Part shown: positions 40,701 to 55,700 of the stretch, one piece after another
Layout: every line of letters starts with the position of its first letter
Position numbering within the stretch: the stretch's first letter is position 1
Assembly: GCA_964016885.1 (NCBI GenBank)
Contig: OZ024743.1
Span: 371,814,001 to 371,878,000, forward strand
DNA length: 64,000 nucleotides
From: Eledone cirrhosa
Taxonomy: Eukaryota
Direction of reading: 5' to 3'
The notes under the pieces: model-generated
What the model was told of the DNA's origin: nothing
Databases searched by the model: none
What the model saw: the letters and a program-made list of their open reading frames with translations, nothing else
Translations under genes and position numbers: made by a program

Positions 40701-43700
40701 GAAAGAAGACGAATTAGAATTGTATGACATAGATAATAACTGGAATTTCTTATGTGACAACTTACTGCAGGCTACTGAAGAGATTTGTGGCTGGAGCAAA
40801 GCTCCAACCAGACAGAGGGTGACCTGGTGGTGGAACAGCATGGTAGATAGAGCCATTAAAGATAAAAGACAAGCATGGAAGGCTTGGAAAAATGGTGGGA
40901 GTAGAGACCGATACACATCCGCTAAAAGAGAAGCTAGACGTCAGGTATGCTTAGCACGCAGGGAGGCTGAGAGTAGGAGGTTTGCCAATGTTCTTCGACG
41001 AGGAGATCAGAGACGTGGGGTGTTCCACATTGCAAGACAGTGTGTCAGTGTAAATCGGAATGTTGTTGGAGATAAGTGTGTCCGAAATGAAGCTGGTGCA
41101 CTTAGTGTCACTGATGCTCAGAAAAAGGAGGCCTGGAAATGTCATTATGAGCGACTGATGAATGTGGAGAACGAATGGGAGAGAGAGAAACTAGCCCCAG
41201 TAGACCCAACAGATGGACCAGCTATTGAGATTGACGACTATTGGGTTAAAGAAGCAATTAAAGAAATGGCTATGTTCGATATATACATATACATACACAT
41301 ATGCCCTCTTCTTATATATGGCAGAATCATACCCAAAGACTAGTGCAGCAGTATTCTTATAAATTACTACAAAGGTAAAGGGGATGTTCTGGAGAGGAGC
41401 AATTATAGGGGCATAAAACTGATAGTATCTAGAATAAGGACAGGATGGAAGAAGATTAGGGAGCTGCTTCCTCTGTTGACAATTAAGGGTTTCTCCTTAC
41501 AAACGAAAGGTCAGTTATATGATGCCTGTGTGAGATGTGCGATGCTGCATGGTAGTGAGACATGGGCAGCAACTGCGGAGGATATGCGATGGCTGGAGAG
41601 AAATGAAGCAAGTATGCTCCGATGGATGTGCAATTTCAATGTGCATAAACAACCAAGCATAGACGAGTTGAGAGTGAAACTGTGTATAAGAGGGATAAAC
41701 AGTACTGTGCAGGAGAGAAGACTGCGTTGGTATGGACATGTGATGTGCATGGAGAATGACCACTGGGTGAAGAAGTGCCAAAAAATCCCAGTGGAAGGAA
41801 GACGCAGTAGAGGAAGAACACGAAAATCATGGGCAGAGATGGTGAGAACTGACCTCAGATTGCTGAAGCTCACAGTGGAGATGATGAAAGACCGTGACAA
41901 ATGGAGAGATGCTGTGCTGAAAAGGACCGGTCCTACCCTTACAAGCAAGGAAAAGCAGACGTATGATGATGATGATGATGATGATATATATGGAAGTAGT
42001 CCTCCAAGCTATAAAAGAGCTAGTCCTCCGGGCAATAATGAAGGAGTTGAAAACTGGCTACCTGTGGGAACTCCTGTATGCAGATAATCTAGTTCTCCTA
42101 GCTGAATCTGTAGAGGAACTAGAGAAGAAATTCCAGACTTCGAAGTAAAATCTAGAATCCAAATGGCTCAAAGTCAACTTAGCCAAGTAAGTAGGAAAGA
42201 TGACATGGCCCTGATTCTCTCAGGGAAATGGCCATGCTCAATATGCAAAAAAGGATCTGATAGGAATTCCGCACAGTGTACAATATGTAAACTATTTATA
42301 TACAAGAGATATTAGCAGTGGAGGTGGGTATTTTGAAGGTACAGTAGCCAGAGTAAGAACCAGGTGGAAAACGTTCGGGGCCCTACTACCCCTGCTAGCT
42401 ACAAAGGGTTTCTCCTTCAGGACAAAAAGCAAATAGTATGTTGCTTGCGTGAGAACTATGATCCTGTGTGGAAATGAGATACGGGCCTTGAATGCAGAGG
42501 GTCTGCGACGATTTGAGAGAAATGAAGTGAGCATGATTCGATGGATGTGTAATAGCACTGTGCATGAACAATGAAGTATCAGTGAACTGAGAAAAGCTGA
42601 GCATAAGAGGGATTAGATGCAGTGTACAAATATGGGCATATGATGCGAATTTGAAGATGATAGCTGCATAAAAAAATATGCAGTGCATTCAAAGTTAGTG
42701 GAAACTGTGAAAGAGGTAAACCAAAGAAAAGAAGATGACACAGGACCAAATCAACTGGAGATATGTTGTTCTACAGAAGATTCACGTTTCTACATGAACA
42801 GGATGAAACAAAAATGGTGAGGATGGTAGAAAAATCAGAGAGGTGTAACAATATTTAGCTCTCCCGCCAACATGGAAAGACAGACACACTTACACAGAAG
42901 TCGCTTGCTCACTCCCACTCTATGTTCCCTTCCTCCTGCCAGTATTCCCCCTTCCGTATCCCATCTATGTCTCTATCTAGCCTCTTTCATTCACTCAACC
43001 TCCCCTCCCCTCTCCAAATCGCTTGATTTCTCCCTCTATCACCTTAGTTTTCCCTTTCTCAATGAGTCTTCTTTCTTTGTTTAACTCATGCCAGCATGGA
43101 AAGACAGATGCACCCCTCTCATATCTCTAAATTCCCAGGCCACGACTCCCACAGCAAGCAACATGAGATTACCTCATTTCTTCAACTACTTCCTCAGCCT
43201 GGTGAAGGACACAGCAAGAGCCCCAGTTTTGAAAAGTGGTAATGCAGGTACCATAATAAAATGCACTCAGCTCACTCTATAAAGTGGTAGCACTGGTGCC
43301 ATGATAAAAAGCACCCAGTCCGCCCTGTTAGGTGGTGTCACAATAAAACACACACAGTAGATGCCAAGAAGTGGTTGGCATTAGGAAGGGCATAGAAACC
43401 AAGCCATAGATGATATTAGTGAGATGCAGTCATCTGACCTGTCTGGCTTCTATGCAAGCATGGAAATCATTTTTTAACATCCATTTTCCATGCTAACATG
43501 GGTTAAACGAGTTGTCCTATTGTGGGCAATCCCAGGTCAGATGACCATGTCTTGTTCGTACAGAACTGATTTTGGCTTGGTTTCTATGGCTGGATGCCCT
43601 TCCTAATGCCAACCACAATTACAATGTGTATTGGGTGCTTTTTGCTGTGTCACCAAAACGACCACTTTACAGCGTGGGCTGAGTGCTTTTTGTCATGACA

Positions 43701-46700
43701 ACAAAATGACCAATTTACTGTGTGGACTGGAGACTTGGGTGGGAGTTGGAGAGGTAAATCTAGGAGCATGAGTGAGAGGTGGGTGTTACAATGTGGGAGA
43801 AAAATAGATGTAAAACTGTGATGATGATGATAACTAGAAAGTATACTATGTTCAAATGGCAATATGAAAGATTTGGAAACCTACTATTGCGGTAATGAGT
43901 CAGCATGCAGAACAAACGAAATTCATCAGCAGTGTGGGTCTTTAGAAAATCTGATATCAATACAACATTTTTTAGAGACTTCGACATTTTCTCTTCATTT
44001 TTGATATGGAGATGACCTGCAGAACAGATAAACAAAAACTATTTGAAAAGTAGGAAAATCTAAGAGAAATTTAAATAAAGGAAAACTCTTTACAACAAAA
44101 TTCATTATCCTGAAATCATGTCAATCAAAATATTCATCACTTATGTATCAGCATTTAACATTATCATTAACACCATCATGAGCTCAACATGAACAAAACA
44201 AATACCAGCATTGCTCGTGCACTGTATTAAAAGTATTTTACGATAAATCAGTTTGTTTTCTTTTCTTAATATATATTACTGCTCTCATATTCTTTTACTG
44301 GTTCCAGTCATTAGATTACTGCTATACTGAGGCACTGCTTTCAAATTTCTGAGATATTTTTGTCTGTACTTTTCTATACATCAATTTTTCCATGTTTGAA
44401 TGGTTGTTGGGGTCCTTTTATCAAAGGAATTGTTTTTAAAGTCGGATACTCTTCTTAACACTAATGACTTAACTGCAAAGTTGGACTGGAATTGGTTTTC
44501 AAACCGGCCAAGCAAACTGAGTTATGTATTTTGTTCAGATGAAAAATACTATGATTGTAGTAAGATTTGAACTTTGGCATGATTCTGTGGTTAAGAAGTT
44601 ACTTTGCAACCACATCATTGCAGATTTGGTCTTACTGCACAAAAGAATATAGTCAGTAGTTTTGTCATTGTGTCTTTATGTTACTGCTGTAATAATTTAA
44701 CCAATTAATTAACATATTTCTAGAAAACAACCAAGAATTTGGCAATGTTCTCAGTATTAAATTGATATTTGGAGTATTTAGGTTCTTACATAAAGTTATG
44801 ATGAAAAAAATGAACATAAAATGTTGATGATAAACACTTTAGAATATACAGTGTAGTATCACAGAACTAAGGGCTGTTTCAAATGGTTTGGTATCAAAAG
44901 GGTTAAATATCTTTGGACAATTTATTAATCCTGCTCACAGGTTTATAATAACCAAGTCAATAGTAGTTGAACACAACACTTTTCTCCAGTTTGCTTAGCT
45001 GTTGGGATTAGGTAACAAGATCATCAAAGAAAGATACTGAGAAAAAACTGACATCCTATCTAAGGAGAGATTTTTTATTTATTGTATATTTCCTGTCACA
45101 AAAATACTGGCTTTTAGAAGTCACTTGGAATTTATGATAAGAGATAGGCATTGGACTGAAGTGTATTGACTAAATACACAACAAAATTTGTACTGTGGGT
45201 TTGTACTTGAGACATTTCAGCTAGCAGTAAGTTTAATACCATATCCACTTGTCAATTTGGTTTCTCTAAAACAGAAATGCTAATTTATGGATTAGAACTT
45301 ATCATTAAAAATAAATAAAATACAACTTCCCTTCTGCAAAGTAGTTGTTTAATGATAAATGTATCTTTTTTATTTGTTTAATCTAACTAACAAATGATCA
45401 AAGGCGTTTGACACAAAGCCATCCTATTTTATACTTCATATACAGTACTGGAGTCTCTAATATTTCCATATTCTAAGACATTTTTAGGGTATACTAGGAT
45501 GCTTTTATTTTCTAGCAGGTCAGTTGACTACACAAACACTATTTGCCTATAGAAGTAGCGTTGTTGCCTTTCTAGGTCCTGTAAGTGTGAAATGATCAAG
45601 TAGATATTGTGCTAGATTTTACACAGAAGTTTTGGAGTGTATTTTGATCACTATATCTGACAGTCAGAAATGCATATAACATCCTACAGATGTACTGTTT
45701 GAGAGAAACCTATATCATATCCAGTAGCATATTTATCTGTCATATATTTCACAAAAAAGTGGCATTTACAATTTTTGACTTCTCATGTTCTCCTTGATGC
45801 TGAGTTATGATGGGGATGAAATGATAAATATAATTGAGTGAGGTTAATACAAAACACCATGATTGTTTTATTCATCTATTTCTCCAGTTAACCCATCTCT
45901 TACCATATTTTTAATGAAAGACACAGCATATGATTTTCAAATTATTTTGAAAATAATATAGAATTTGAAGGAATTTAAGTAGAACAACTTTCTTATTATG
46001 AAATTGATGTTTTAAGCATAACTCTTAACAATTCTTATATAAAGTCATGATGGAAGATCATAGAACCAGAAGCAGTTTCAGATGGCTTAGTTTTAAAAGG
46101 GTTAAATTTCTTACCCGTGTGAAGCCAATAGTTGCACCATTGTTTACAGCCATAATATGCCTGGGATTGGGCAAGTTCGTTTTCATGGTGCGGGAAAATA
46201 AGGTCTTCTCCTCCAGAGTGTATATCAAAGTTGGAACCAAAAACTTTGCTGAAAGTAGAGAACTCCATAAATATATTGTTTCTTATATAAGATGCATGAA
46301 CATCTGAGAGTTTTTATTGATGATTTTGTTTAGCCTAAGGTCAGCCCCAATCAAACCAATCTGTGTTTATCTTTTTTCCATATAGGTATGTAAAAAAGTA
46401 AAATAAAGGGCTCTTAACCCCTGACAGAGTCGTAGGACTGCTGTCATGTTATACGTTGTCTTGGGCATTCTAAACCTGATATAAGAAAACCTGCTGGAGC
46501 TCATCCATTTCCAGGTCTGAACACAGCCAATTTAAGAGAAGGAAAGAGAGAGAAAGAGAATGGAATATAAGAGCAAGAAGTGTTCCCCTACCACCATTCA
46601 GTCATGGGCTGTGATAATCCATCCAACCCATGGCAGCATGGAAAGTTGGTGTAAAATGATGATGATATTTAACATTGGCACAAAACCATATATTTTTTGG

Positions 46701-49700
46701 TACTTATTTTTCTTCACTTTGGAAAGATAGAAGACATAGTCCAATCTGGCTGGATTTGATTTTACAACCTAAAAGCTGTAACTAAAAACTACAAGGCACT
46801 TTGTCCAATATAAGTGACTGTATCTATTGCTTAAATTTGAAGCCTTGTGCTTATGTTAGAAATTATCATCACTGTTATTGTCATCATCATTATTACTAAT
46901 AGCAATGAGAGCAGTAGATTGGCAGTATTGGTAGAACATCCTCCAAATTGCTGGCCTTGTGTTTAAATTAGAAAGAATTATTGTAAATAGCAATGATGAC
47001 AAACAAATGATAATCAAAGCAGATTGTGGAAATGATCAAGGAACAAAAAACAAAACATATCAAATTCAAGAACCTATAATTAAAATGAAATTAACAATAA
47101 AACAAAAAACATAAAAAATAAAGTGACTGACCTTGCCATAGCAGAACATTCAATATGCCATCCTGGTCGGCCCTTACCCCAGGGAGAATCCCAGGAAGGC
47201 CCCTGTTTTGCAGCTTTCCATAGAACAAAATCCAAGGAGCTACGTTTTTCTTGATGGTCTAAACACAAAGTAGAGAAACAGAAAAGTTATAGTTCAAGAA
47301 GTTTTTCACATTAAAGTGGTGCACCAGCATAGTTGCAATCTAATAACTGAAACCAGTAAAAGAATAGATTAAAAACAGATAGGGGGAATATCAGGCTAAA
47401 TAAGATGAAAAGTTTATACAGACTTTGGCAAAAGATAATTAAAAAAAACCCCACTAAGATCTACATCAGATGATCCAAACACAATAAATATTTAAGTTAC
47501 AATTGAATGATAATTTATTTATCTTCTATTATAATTCCATATCATCATATAATGTCCTGTTTTTTTTTGCCTATGCTGCCAAGGGTTGGATAGATCATTA
47601 AAGATCAAGCCAGTACTTAATCAGAGGTACTGTTCTCTCAGATAGGCTGGAGACCACATCTTGCTTAGATATGTTCCAGTTTTGGCATGGTTTCTACAGC
47701 TAGATGCCCTTCCTATTACCAATCACTTAAAATGATTTATGGGAATGTTAAATAAACTTGATTGGTACATTACACCATGGAATATTAGAAAGACCTAAAA
47801 AGGCTATGGGCATTACCTCTGAATAATATACATAAAAAGGAGTCCCCAAACTTGCCTCAGTAAGTTTTAAACATGTTATCACCAAAGATCACTTCTAATG
47901 TACTTCGTGTCTGCACCAATTCAACTATCATGAGTTGGATGGGTCAGGAAGACTACATCTTACTCATACATTCTATTTTGGGATGCATTTCTTAATGCCA
48001 ACTACTTTACAGAGTAGAGTTCACTAGGTACATTTTATTGTAGCATTAACGTTACCACTTCGCAGAGTGTACTGGGTGCATTTTATTGTGATACTGGAAG
48101 TGTGAAATTTAGCATTACTTTGCTTGCAAGAATTTCCAGAAATTGTTGCATCTTAAGAGATCTATTCTGGATTTTCTGTTAGGGCTTATTCCTTTAGCCT
48201 TTACATTTAAAGTCAGGCTATTTACCTATAAATATAGTTCTATAACTTTAATTCAGAACATTAACTCTTTTCATACAAATCTGGTCTAAACTGGCTCTGG
48301 TTCTATCAAACAAAATCTCCATTTTAAGAGGTTCCTATTTAGATTAAAATTTCCCAACATAATTGTATATAAGAACCATAAGTTACCTTAGCAATACAAT
48401 AATTAATAATTTTAGTAAGTCACTCAACATTTTTTTAATTAATTAATTGAAATAGATTCATGAAAGAGTTAAGTCAACAAAATACCTGTCAGTTTTACTA
48501 ATCTTATAATAACACTGTCACTCATCTGCCTACCATTGGCAACAATTTATTGAGAAGGGAAAGAGGGAGGGGTAGTCATCTAAAGTGAAGGCAAAGTTGA
48601 TCAAAACAATGATAATCAACCTCCAAATACTAACTTGATTCTTCAAATAGTTCCTGTTTCTGGCGCAATTGACCATAGTCTGGATAGGCTCCAATATCAA
48701 AGTAAACACTTCCTGCAAACAACAAAACAAACAATTATATATATATACAAGCTGATGTATCCAGCTTCGCCCGGATAAACAGATGATAAGAGAAGACAAG
48801 TAGAAGAGAAAATGACTGTATTGGATGTTTGTCTGGTTTACAGTATGAGACAAAACCATGGTGTGTTTGTGTGTTACAAAAAAATAAACAGTAAAAAAAT
48901 CTTCCAGATACACTAGATTCTTCATTATACCGTTTGTGCATAGTATATGAAGATTTCTAGGTGTTTCCACTCGTGAACAACCTACATATAACTGTCCATG
49001 AGTAAAAACCGATTCTCTTGTATTCAATTCTACAACTTTGAAACTCTGAGCCTGAGCTTTATGTACGGTCATAGCAAAACTGGCTCAAACAGGAAACTGA
49101 AGTCTTGAGAATTTGAATGGCAGCTCGGTAGAGGAATCTTGGAAATAAATGCATTTTCTCCTTGATTGCCTCTAAGAATAGTGACCTCTAGGAGATGGCA
49201 ATAAAGTGTGTGCCATTGCATAGAAGTAGTGGGTCCACGTTTCTCAAAAGGATGATGGAAGTGCCAATATTTTATATTATATATAGATATATCTGTATAT
49301 AATATAAAAGAGAGATGTTTATTGGTAGGTTATCTATATATATATAATATAATAGTTTATTCTTCTCTAAGAACCTCTCTTGTAGTTGTCTCACTAAGAA
49401 GAGGGCATCTGTTGAACTTTTCCTGGGCACAAAACCAAACTGCATCTCATCTAATTTGACTCTTTCTGTCATATTCATAACCTGATCCATCAGCTTTATG
49501 CCCCTATAATTGCTCCTCTCCAGAGCATCCCCTTTAACTTTGTAACAATTAACAAATATACTCCTGCACCAGGCTTTGGGTATGACTGCCATATATAACT
49601 TGATTGACTACGCATGTAACTAGCTTAATTCTTATTTCTCTTGATGCCTTTAACATCTCAGCGACTTTTCATTTCTTTAATTGCTTCTTTGACCTAATAG

Positions 49701-52700
49701 TCATCAACCTCAATAGTTGGTCCCTCTGTTGGGTCTCCTGGGGGTAGTTTCTCTCTCTCCCATTCATCAGTCTCTCATAGTGACATTTCCAAGCTTCCTT
49801 TTTCTGAGCATCAGTGACACTAAGTGCACCAGCATTATTTCAGACACACTGCCTTGCAATGCAGAACACCTCATGTCTCTGATCCTGTTGTCACACCTCC
49901 TACTCTCAGCTTCCCTTCGTGCTATGTACACTTGACATCTAGCCCCTTTTTCAGCAGCTGCGTACTGGTCTCTACTCCCACCATTTTTCCAATCATTCCA
50001 TGCTTGTCTTTTGTTTATCTACCATGCTGTTCCTCCACCAAGTCACCCTGTCTGGTTGAAGCTTTGCTTCAGCCACAAGTCTCTTCAGTTGCGTGCAGTA
50101 GGTTGTTGCATAAGGACATCCAGTTGTCTTCTATATCATATAATTCTAATTCGTATTCTCTCTCATCATACATATCCCTAAACCTATATTTAAGTGAAAG
50201 GTACTTTAGCTTCCAGACCTTCCTGTGTGTTTCTTGCTTATTGAGATGTCACTAATGACTAACCTATGTTGGGGGTGCATTCTTCCCCAGGATATGCCTT
50301 AGTATTTGTAACCATCTGTCCCTCTCATTGCCTAACTAGCAAGAAGTCAATCTGGCTTATGTGCTCGCCTTATTGGTAGGTGATTAGGTGATTGGCAGGT
50401 TTGCTGAAGTTAGTGCACTTGCATCACAAAATTCAAGAAGCCTCACTCTTTCTTCGTTTCCATAATCAGCGTGTACGCCAGTGTATCTATCCTGGAGTTG
50501 TCAAACATGACCATTGAAGTCACCTGCTAGTATAACTAGGTCTCTGTCGTCTGGCACTATGGTTGTCTGTAGAAGTTGCTTGTAAAAGCAGTCCTTCTCT
50601 ATTTTACCTAGGCCCACTTGGGGAACATAGGTAGAGATAATTGTCAGCAGCCTACTGCCTACTGCTAATCTAATCTTGATAATCCACTTCTTGGCCAGTA
50701 AAATGCCTACCCCACCAATCTCATCATCGTTTCCAACCCAGAAAAGCTTATAGCTAAGCTGTTTGCCTATGATTAGCCTTGCTGAGGCACCTCTCCATCT
50801 CACCTCTTGCACCCAGCACACATCCACATGTCTTCTCTCTAACATCTCTATTATCTCAGCAGATCTACCTCTCAGAGCGCCAGCATTAAATGTCATCTTC
50901 CGTTGATTTTTCCTTTTTTGTCTCCACCTCGCACCAATTTATTTGCAGTGGTAGCTCTCCTTGACGGGTTGCCTACACTTCAGCTTACAGAGCCTCCGTC
51001 CTCCCTGTGACTGCTCTGAGCAGTCCTAGGCCGCTATTCAACTATATTAAGATACTCTTAGTGAGTCTACATTTCTTATGTGGAGGGAAGGGGCAACTGG
51101 GGAAGTGAAAGTGATGAAGAGGTTTTGGATGAGTGGGTTTAATCATCATCATCATCGTTTAACGTCTATCATCCACGCTAGCATTGAAGAGGGAGTGGAT
51201 GGTATATGGTGTCAGGCGTGCATATCGGAAGGTGGTGGAGGTGGGGTGGGAGTGTGGGAAATGGCAACTATGTACATCTACATACATTATCTACTACATT
51301 TCCAAAACCCTACGTACCTTCCCCATACATATATATATATCATTACTGTTTTACATCTATTCTCCATGCTTGCATGGGTTAGCTATATTATCCTGTCTGG
51401 ATGTTTTTCCTAATGCCAATCACTTTACATTGTGTACTGGGACCATCTCTATTATGACACTAGGGCGCTCATGTCTTGGCTTGGCTGAGGAGACATTGAT
51501 GGGATTGGGGATTAAGAATGAGAAGAGGACTGGCTATATGCAGCTTGCTGGAGTAGTGGGTGTGACAGTGGAGAACATGGCATCATTAGTGAATAAGCAC
51601 ATGGACATGGGGTGGCTTTGAAGCAAGTGAGTGGTGGGATATCTTGGCATGGGTTAAAGGGGGAAAGCAAATCAGGAATATGAATATAAGGGGGTAACGT
51701 GGGTTGGGCAGAGTAAGGGAAGGTGAATTTGAGAAGTGAATGAATCACTTTTTATGTTGGATGAGGATGGAAGAGTATGAGTTGAGGGGGATGACGAAGG
51801 TGATATAAAATTTGGGAATGTACTGGCAAGTGTGGACCTCAATGCTGGTCCACTTCTCTGCTTCTTTGAGATTAAGGTGTGGGAAAGTGGCCAGATGGTG
51901 TCATGGTTGAAGAGATGGAATCATCCTCTTTATGCTTGTTTCAACCAATTTGCATGGGAAGGTGAGTCTTCTGCATTACAGCATGTCACCACTCAACCCA
52001 ATCCTGGGTCATCTACTTCATGAAATCCAGCTATGTGAGGTCGGCCTTCACCGCATCATCCCAAGTTTCCTTAGGTCTTCCTTTCCACAGGTGCCATCAA
52101 CTTCAAGCACACTGCATTTCTTTTACCCCATATGCATCACATGACCATGCCATTGCAATCTCCTCTCTCGCACTCTGCATCTGATCCCTCCTTATATCCA
52201 GTTTTTCTCTCAGCTTGCTGCTTCATCATTCATGTACACAGCCATTGGAGCATGCTTACCACATTTCTTTCATAAGTCCTCCACACACAACCATCAAATA
52301 ACCTGTCTTTTACTTGTTTATAGTCAACAATGGTTGTAACTCCATGAACTTCTTTCCAACCAGTTCTCACTCTGGCTACAGTGCTTTCAGAAGACCAACC
52401 TCCACTGCTAATTTGCTCCCCCAAGTAACAGAAGCTGTCGACAACTTTTAGGGAGCCATCGATAGAGCTTGTTTCATGTGAGCTCTAACTGCTCCTGTGC
52501 ATGTATCGCATACAAAGCCTACATTTTTTGTATACTCATAGCTTACATTTTGTACATGGAATGGAATTTCTACCTACTCCTTTCCTGTGTATTAAGCAAT
52601 GCCATTTTTCTGAAAGGCCCCGTTTACTTTTTTGATTACTAGGACTTTAGTCTTTGCAAGATTGATTCTGAAGTGTTTTTAATTCCACGTTTTGCTTCAA

Positions 52701-55700
52701 GATTTGCAATTTCTTCTCTAATTCTGCCCTAGTTTCAGCTATGAGGATGAGATCATTGGCATATAGAAGTTCCCATGGATAGTCAGTCTTAAACCCCCCT
52801 CCCCCTCTGTTATGGCTTGGAGGCTAATGGATGATGAGGAGGGGGTTGAGGTTTGAGGTCAGAGCTCTGCAAGACCACCAAACTAAAATTGTAGACTATA
52901 GCCTGAGTGTACCCCGTACATAGCTTTTGCCATCGATACAAGCCATTCCTAGTTTCCTAAGAGCCAACCAGATTACAGGGCATGGAACTCTGTTAAATGC
53001 TGTTCCCTGGTTAATAAATGTTAGGAAGAAGTTCAGGGAATTACAACCATTGCTGACTACAAATTCTTAGCCAGGTACTTCTCTTGCAGCTGTTTAACAA
53101 GGAAGAGAGCATCTACAGTACCTTTAAAATCAAACTGCATCTCATTATTCTATCCTTAATTAGTTGCACAATAACTCTCAGTAAATTTTCTGGCTTGGTC
53201 CATCAACTCGATACTTCTATAGTTTTCCCAGTCCAGTGCATTTCTTGTAGCAGCTGATGATGATGCAATAACAGTTGGTATGACGAATTCCTATACTCGC
53301 AGTAAGCATCTGTCCCTCCATACTGGATGCTTTCCCCATCTCAGCAATTATCCCTGACAGTCATTAATTACCTTACTTACCATACTGCTGATAACTTAGA
53401 TAGTTGGTCCCTCAAGTTGGTGTAATCAGATAGCACACTTATCGTGAAAATAAAAGGTGTGGGTTCAATTCCCATGCATGCTGGTACCCATTTCCTTCCA
53501 TTCTGGGGTCTTATATGCATTGTTATCACTAGATTTTTTTTCTGCAGTCAAACATGGCAAAACCTACTAATTCAATTCAATATATATATACACACACACA
53601 CACACACTAACTTTTTGTATACAAACATGGGGAAAAGTACTCAATCTATATAAAAAGTCCATTTCATTGAAGCTGATTCTTCCTTTTTTTCATATTCTGT
53701 TTCTTGCTTGCATGTAAGAAGCTGAGTAGTTATGGAATTTATCAACTGCATTAGTGAGCTATATATATATATATATATAGATATATAAAAGCCCTCATCC
53801 ATCCAACTCCTCCAACCCCCACCCACCCCAAAAATGCAAAGATTTATAATCTTGGTTTTTCTGTCTGGTTTCTCTAATATTAAGTGACAAAGAAAAGAAC
53901 AATATTTTATTAGTGATAGCACAAACATGGCATGGTTCATAATAAATGTGTAATGGGCCCATAGTCTTGCTGTGAGTATTTTAAGCTGTGATCATATCAC
54001 AACTACATTAGTATCTGTGTAAGAATACAATATATTACATCTTCAGTAGACACTATGAGGTACTGAAGTATAGAAAACAATATTTTCCTATATAGGTTTT
54101 GTAAATTAACTATTTTTAGATAGTTTTTTAGTAGACTTTTCCTGCACATGGAACTGAACTACTCACTGCCTACACTGATGTATTACATACCACATGCAGT
54201 AACAACTTTACTTTCAAGGCGCAATGTAGTTTTTGAGATTAGGACATGCAAAAATATCCAGCATCCAAGACAAGAGAAATTTACTTTAAAAAGAGAAAAT
54301 TTGGCAGCAATGCTAGTCAAGTTGATAGAGTATCAATCTCACACTACTAGATAATAACCAATTTTTCACTAGCTCCATTGAGTATTTGTAAATATGTATC
54401 ATTAAAAGATGTGGCTTACCACTCCAAGCAGCAGTAGCAAAGAATAATTGACAAATATTTTATTGATTTTTATAGCTTATATAAGAAAAAAAACTCACAC
54501 ACTTCCATTGATAAAAGGAAAGTCAAGTAATTAAAACATTATTTACACCTGCCTAATTTACTTGACTTGAATAAATTTGTTCATAGGTCTGGTCAATCAC
54601 ATCTGACTTGCAGCTAAACAATAAAAATTTATTGAACACACTATTTTACAGTTTATCCCAAAATTTGTATGATAATATGATAATAAAAATATATATGTAT
54701 ACATAAGCCATATATTACTTTTCCCCTCAAAATGCTTTTTTTTCTCCAAAATATGGTAACTTTCTAACATTAATTTAACATTCATTTCTTTTTAAATGAA
54801 AGGACAAATAATATTTAGTTTGATTTAAGAAATTCATTTAATTAAAGTTCTTTACCTTCAGGAGTCTTGTAAGCAAAACCCTTCTGCAGAATAGTTTGAA
54901 TGTATTTTATAATAGTATCAATATGGTTGGTGACTCGTGCAGGATACATTGGTGGCAAGACATTTAATGAGGTCATATCATGGAAAAATTCATACTCATA
55001 CTTCTTGGAGACATCACTAATATTAGTTCTCAGCTATTTAAATGTAACACAAACGTATATTTCTGTTAGTCTGGAATTGTTTTTTTGTAATAAAAATAAT
55101 CAAATTATCCCTACCTCACTTATGATTTTGCATTTTAAAATGTTTTGTTCACTAAGTAAGTTTCCGTCCTTGGATTGCAGACATGCTGGAACAGTATCTA
55201 ACTTTATATACTATACATTGCACCAATTTACAGACGTACATATATACCTATTTGTTAACATGAAAGGTTTTGACAGGGTGCCACAATTATGTAAACTGGT
55301 GGTTGCTAAGAAAACAGTATAGATGAATGGATTGTAAAAGTTAACAAATCCAATTAAGAATTCAATATGCAGATAGGTGTCTACCAAAGCTCTCTCAGAC
55401 TCTAATCAAATGAACCAATTTGAAATGAAATTTACAGGTCACACCTATGCAGGTTTAGCTGGCTTCCTATAAGTTTGTATATCTTAGGTAGTTTCTTGGG
55501 TGTTTTAAAATTAGGATCCCCAGTCCTATAAAGAAAAACAACATGAAGTGTCTTGCAAAAGTACACAACAGACTGCCCTGTCTAGGAACTGAACTTACAA
55601 TTTTAGGCTTGTGAATCCAGCACTTTAACTACTGGACATTCTATGACTGCATTTTGCTTGAAATAATGCTTTCTGAATGGACATGATGTCAATCATTGCT

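Noticed and set aside
48530-49072. 180-aa helicase-host fusion ORF
   Set aside because: Chance read-through from a Helitron fragment across (TA)n into exon 4 in the wrong frame.
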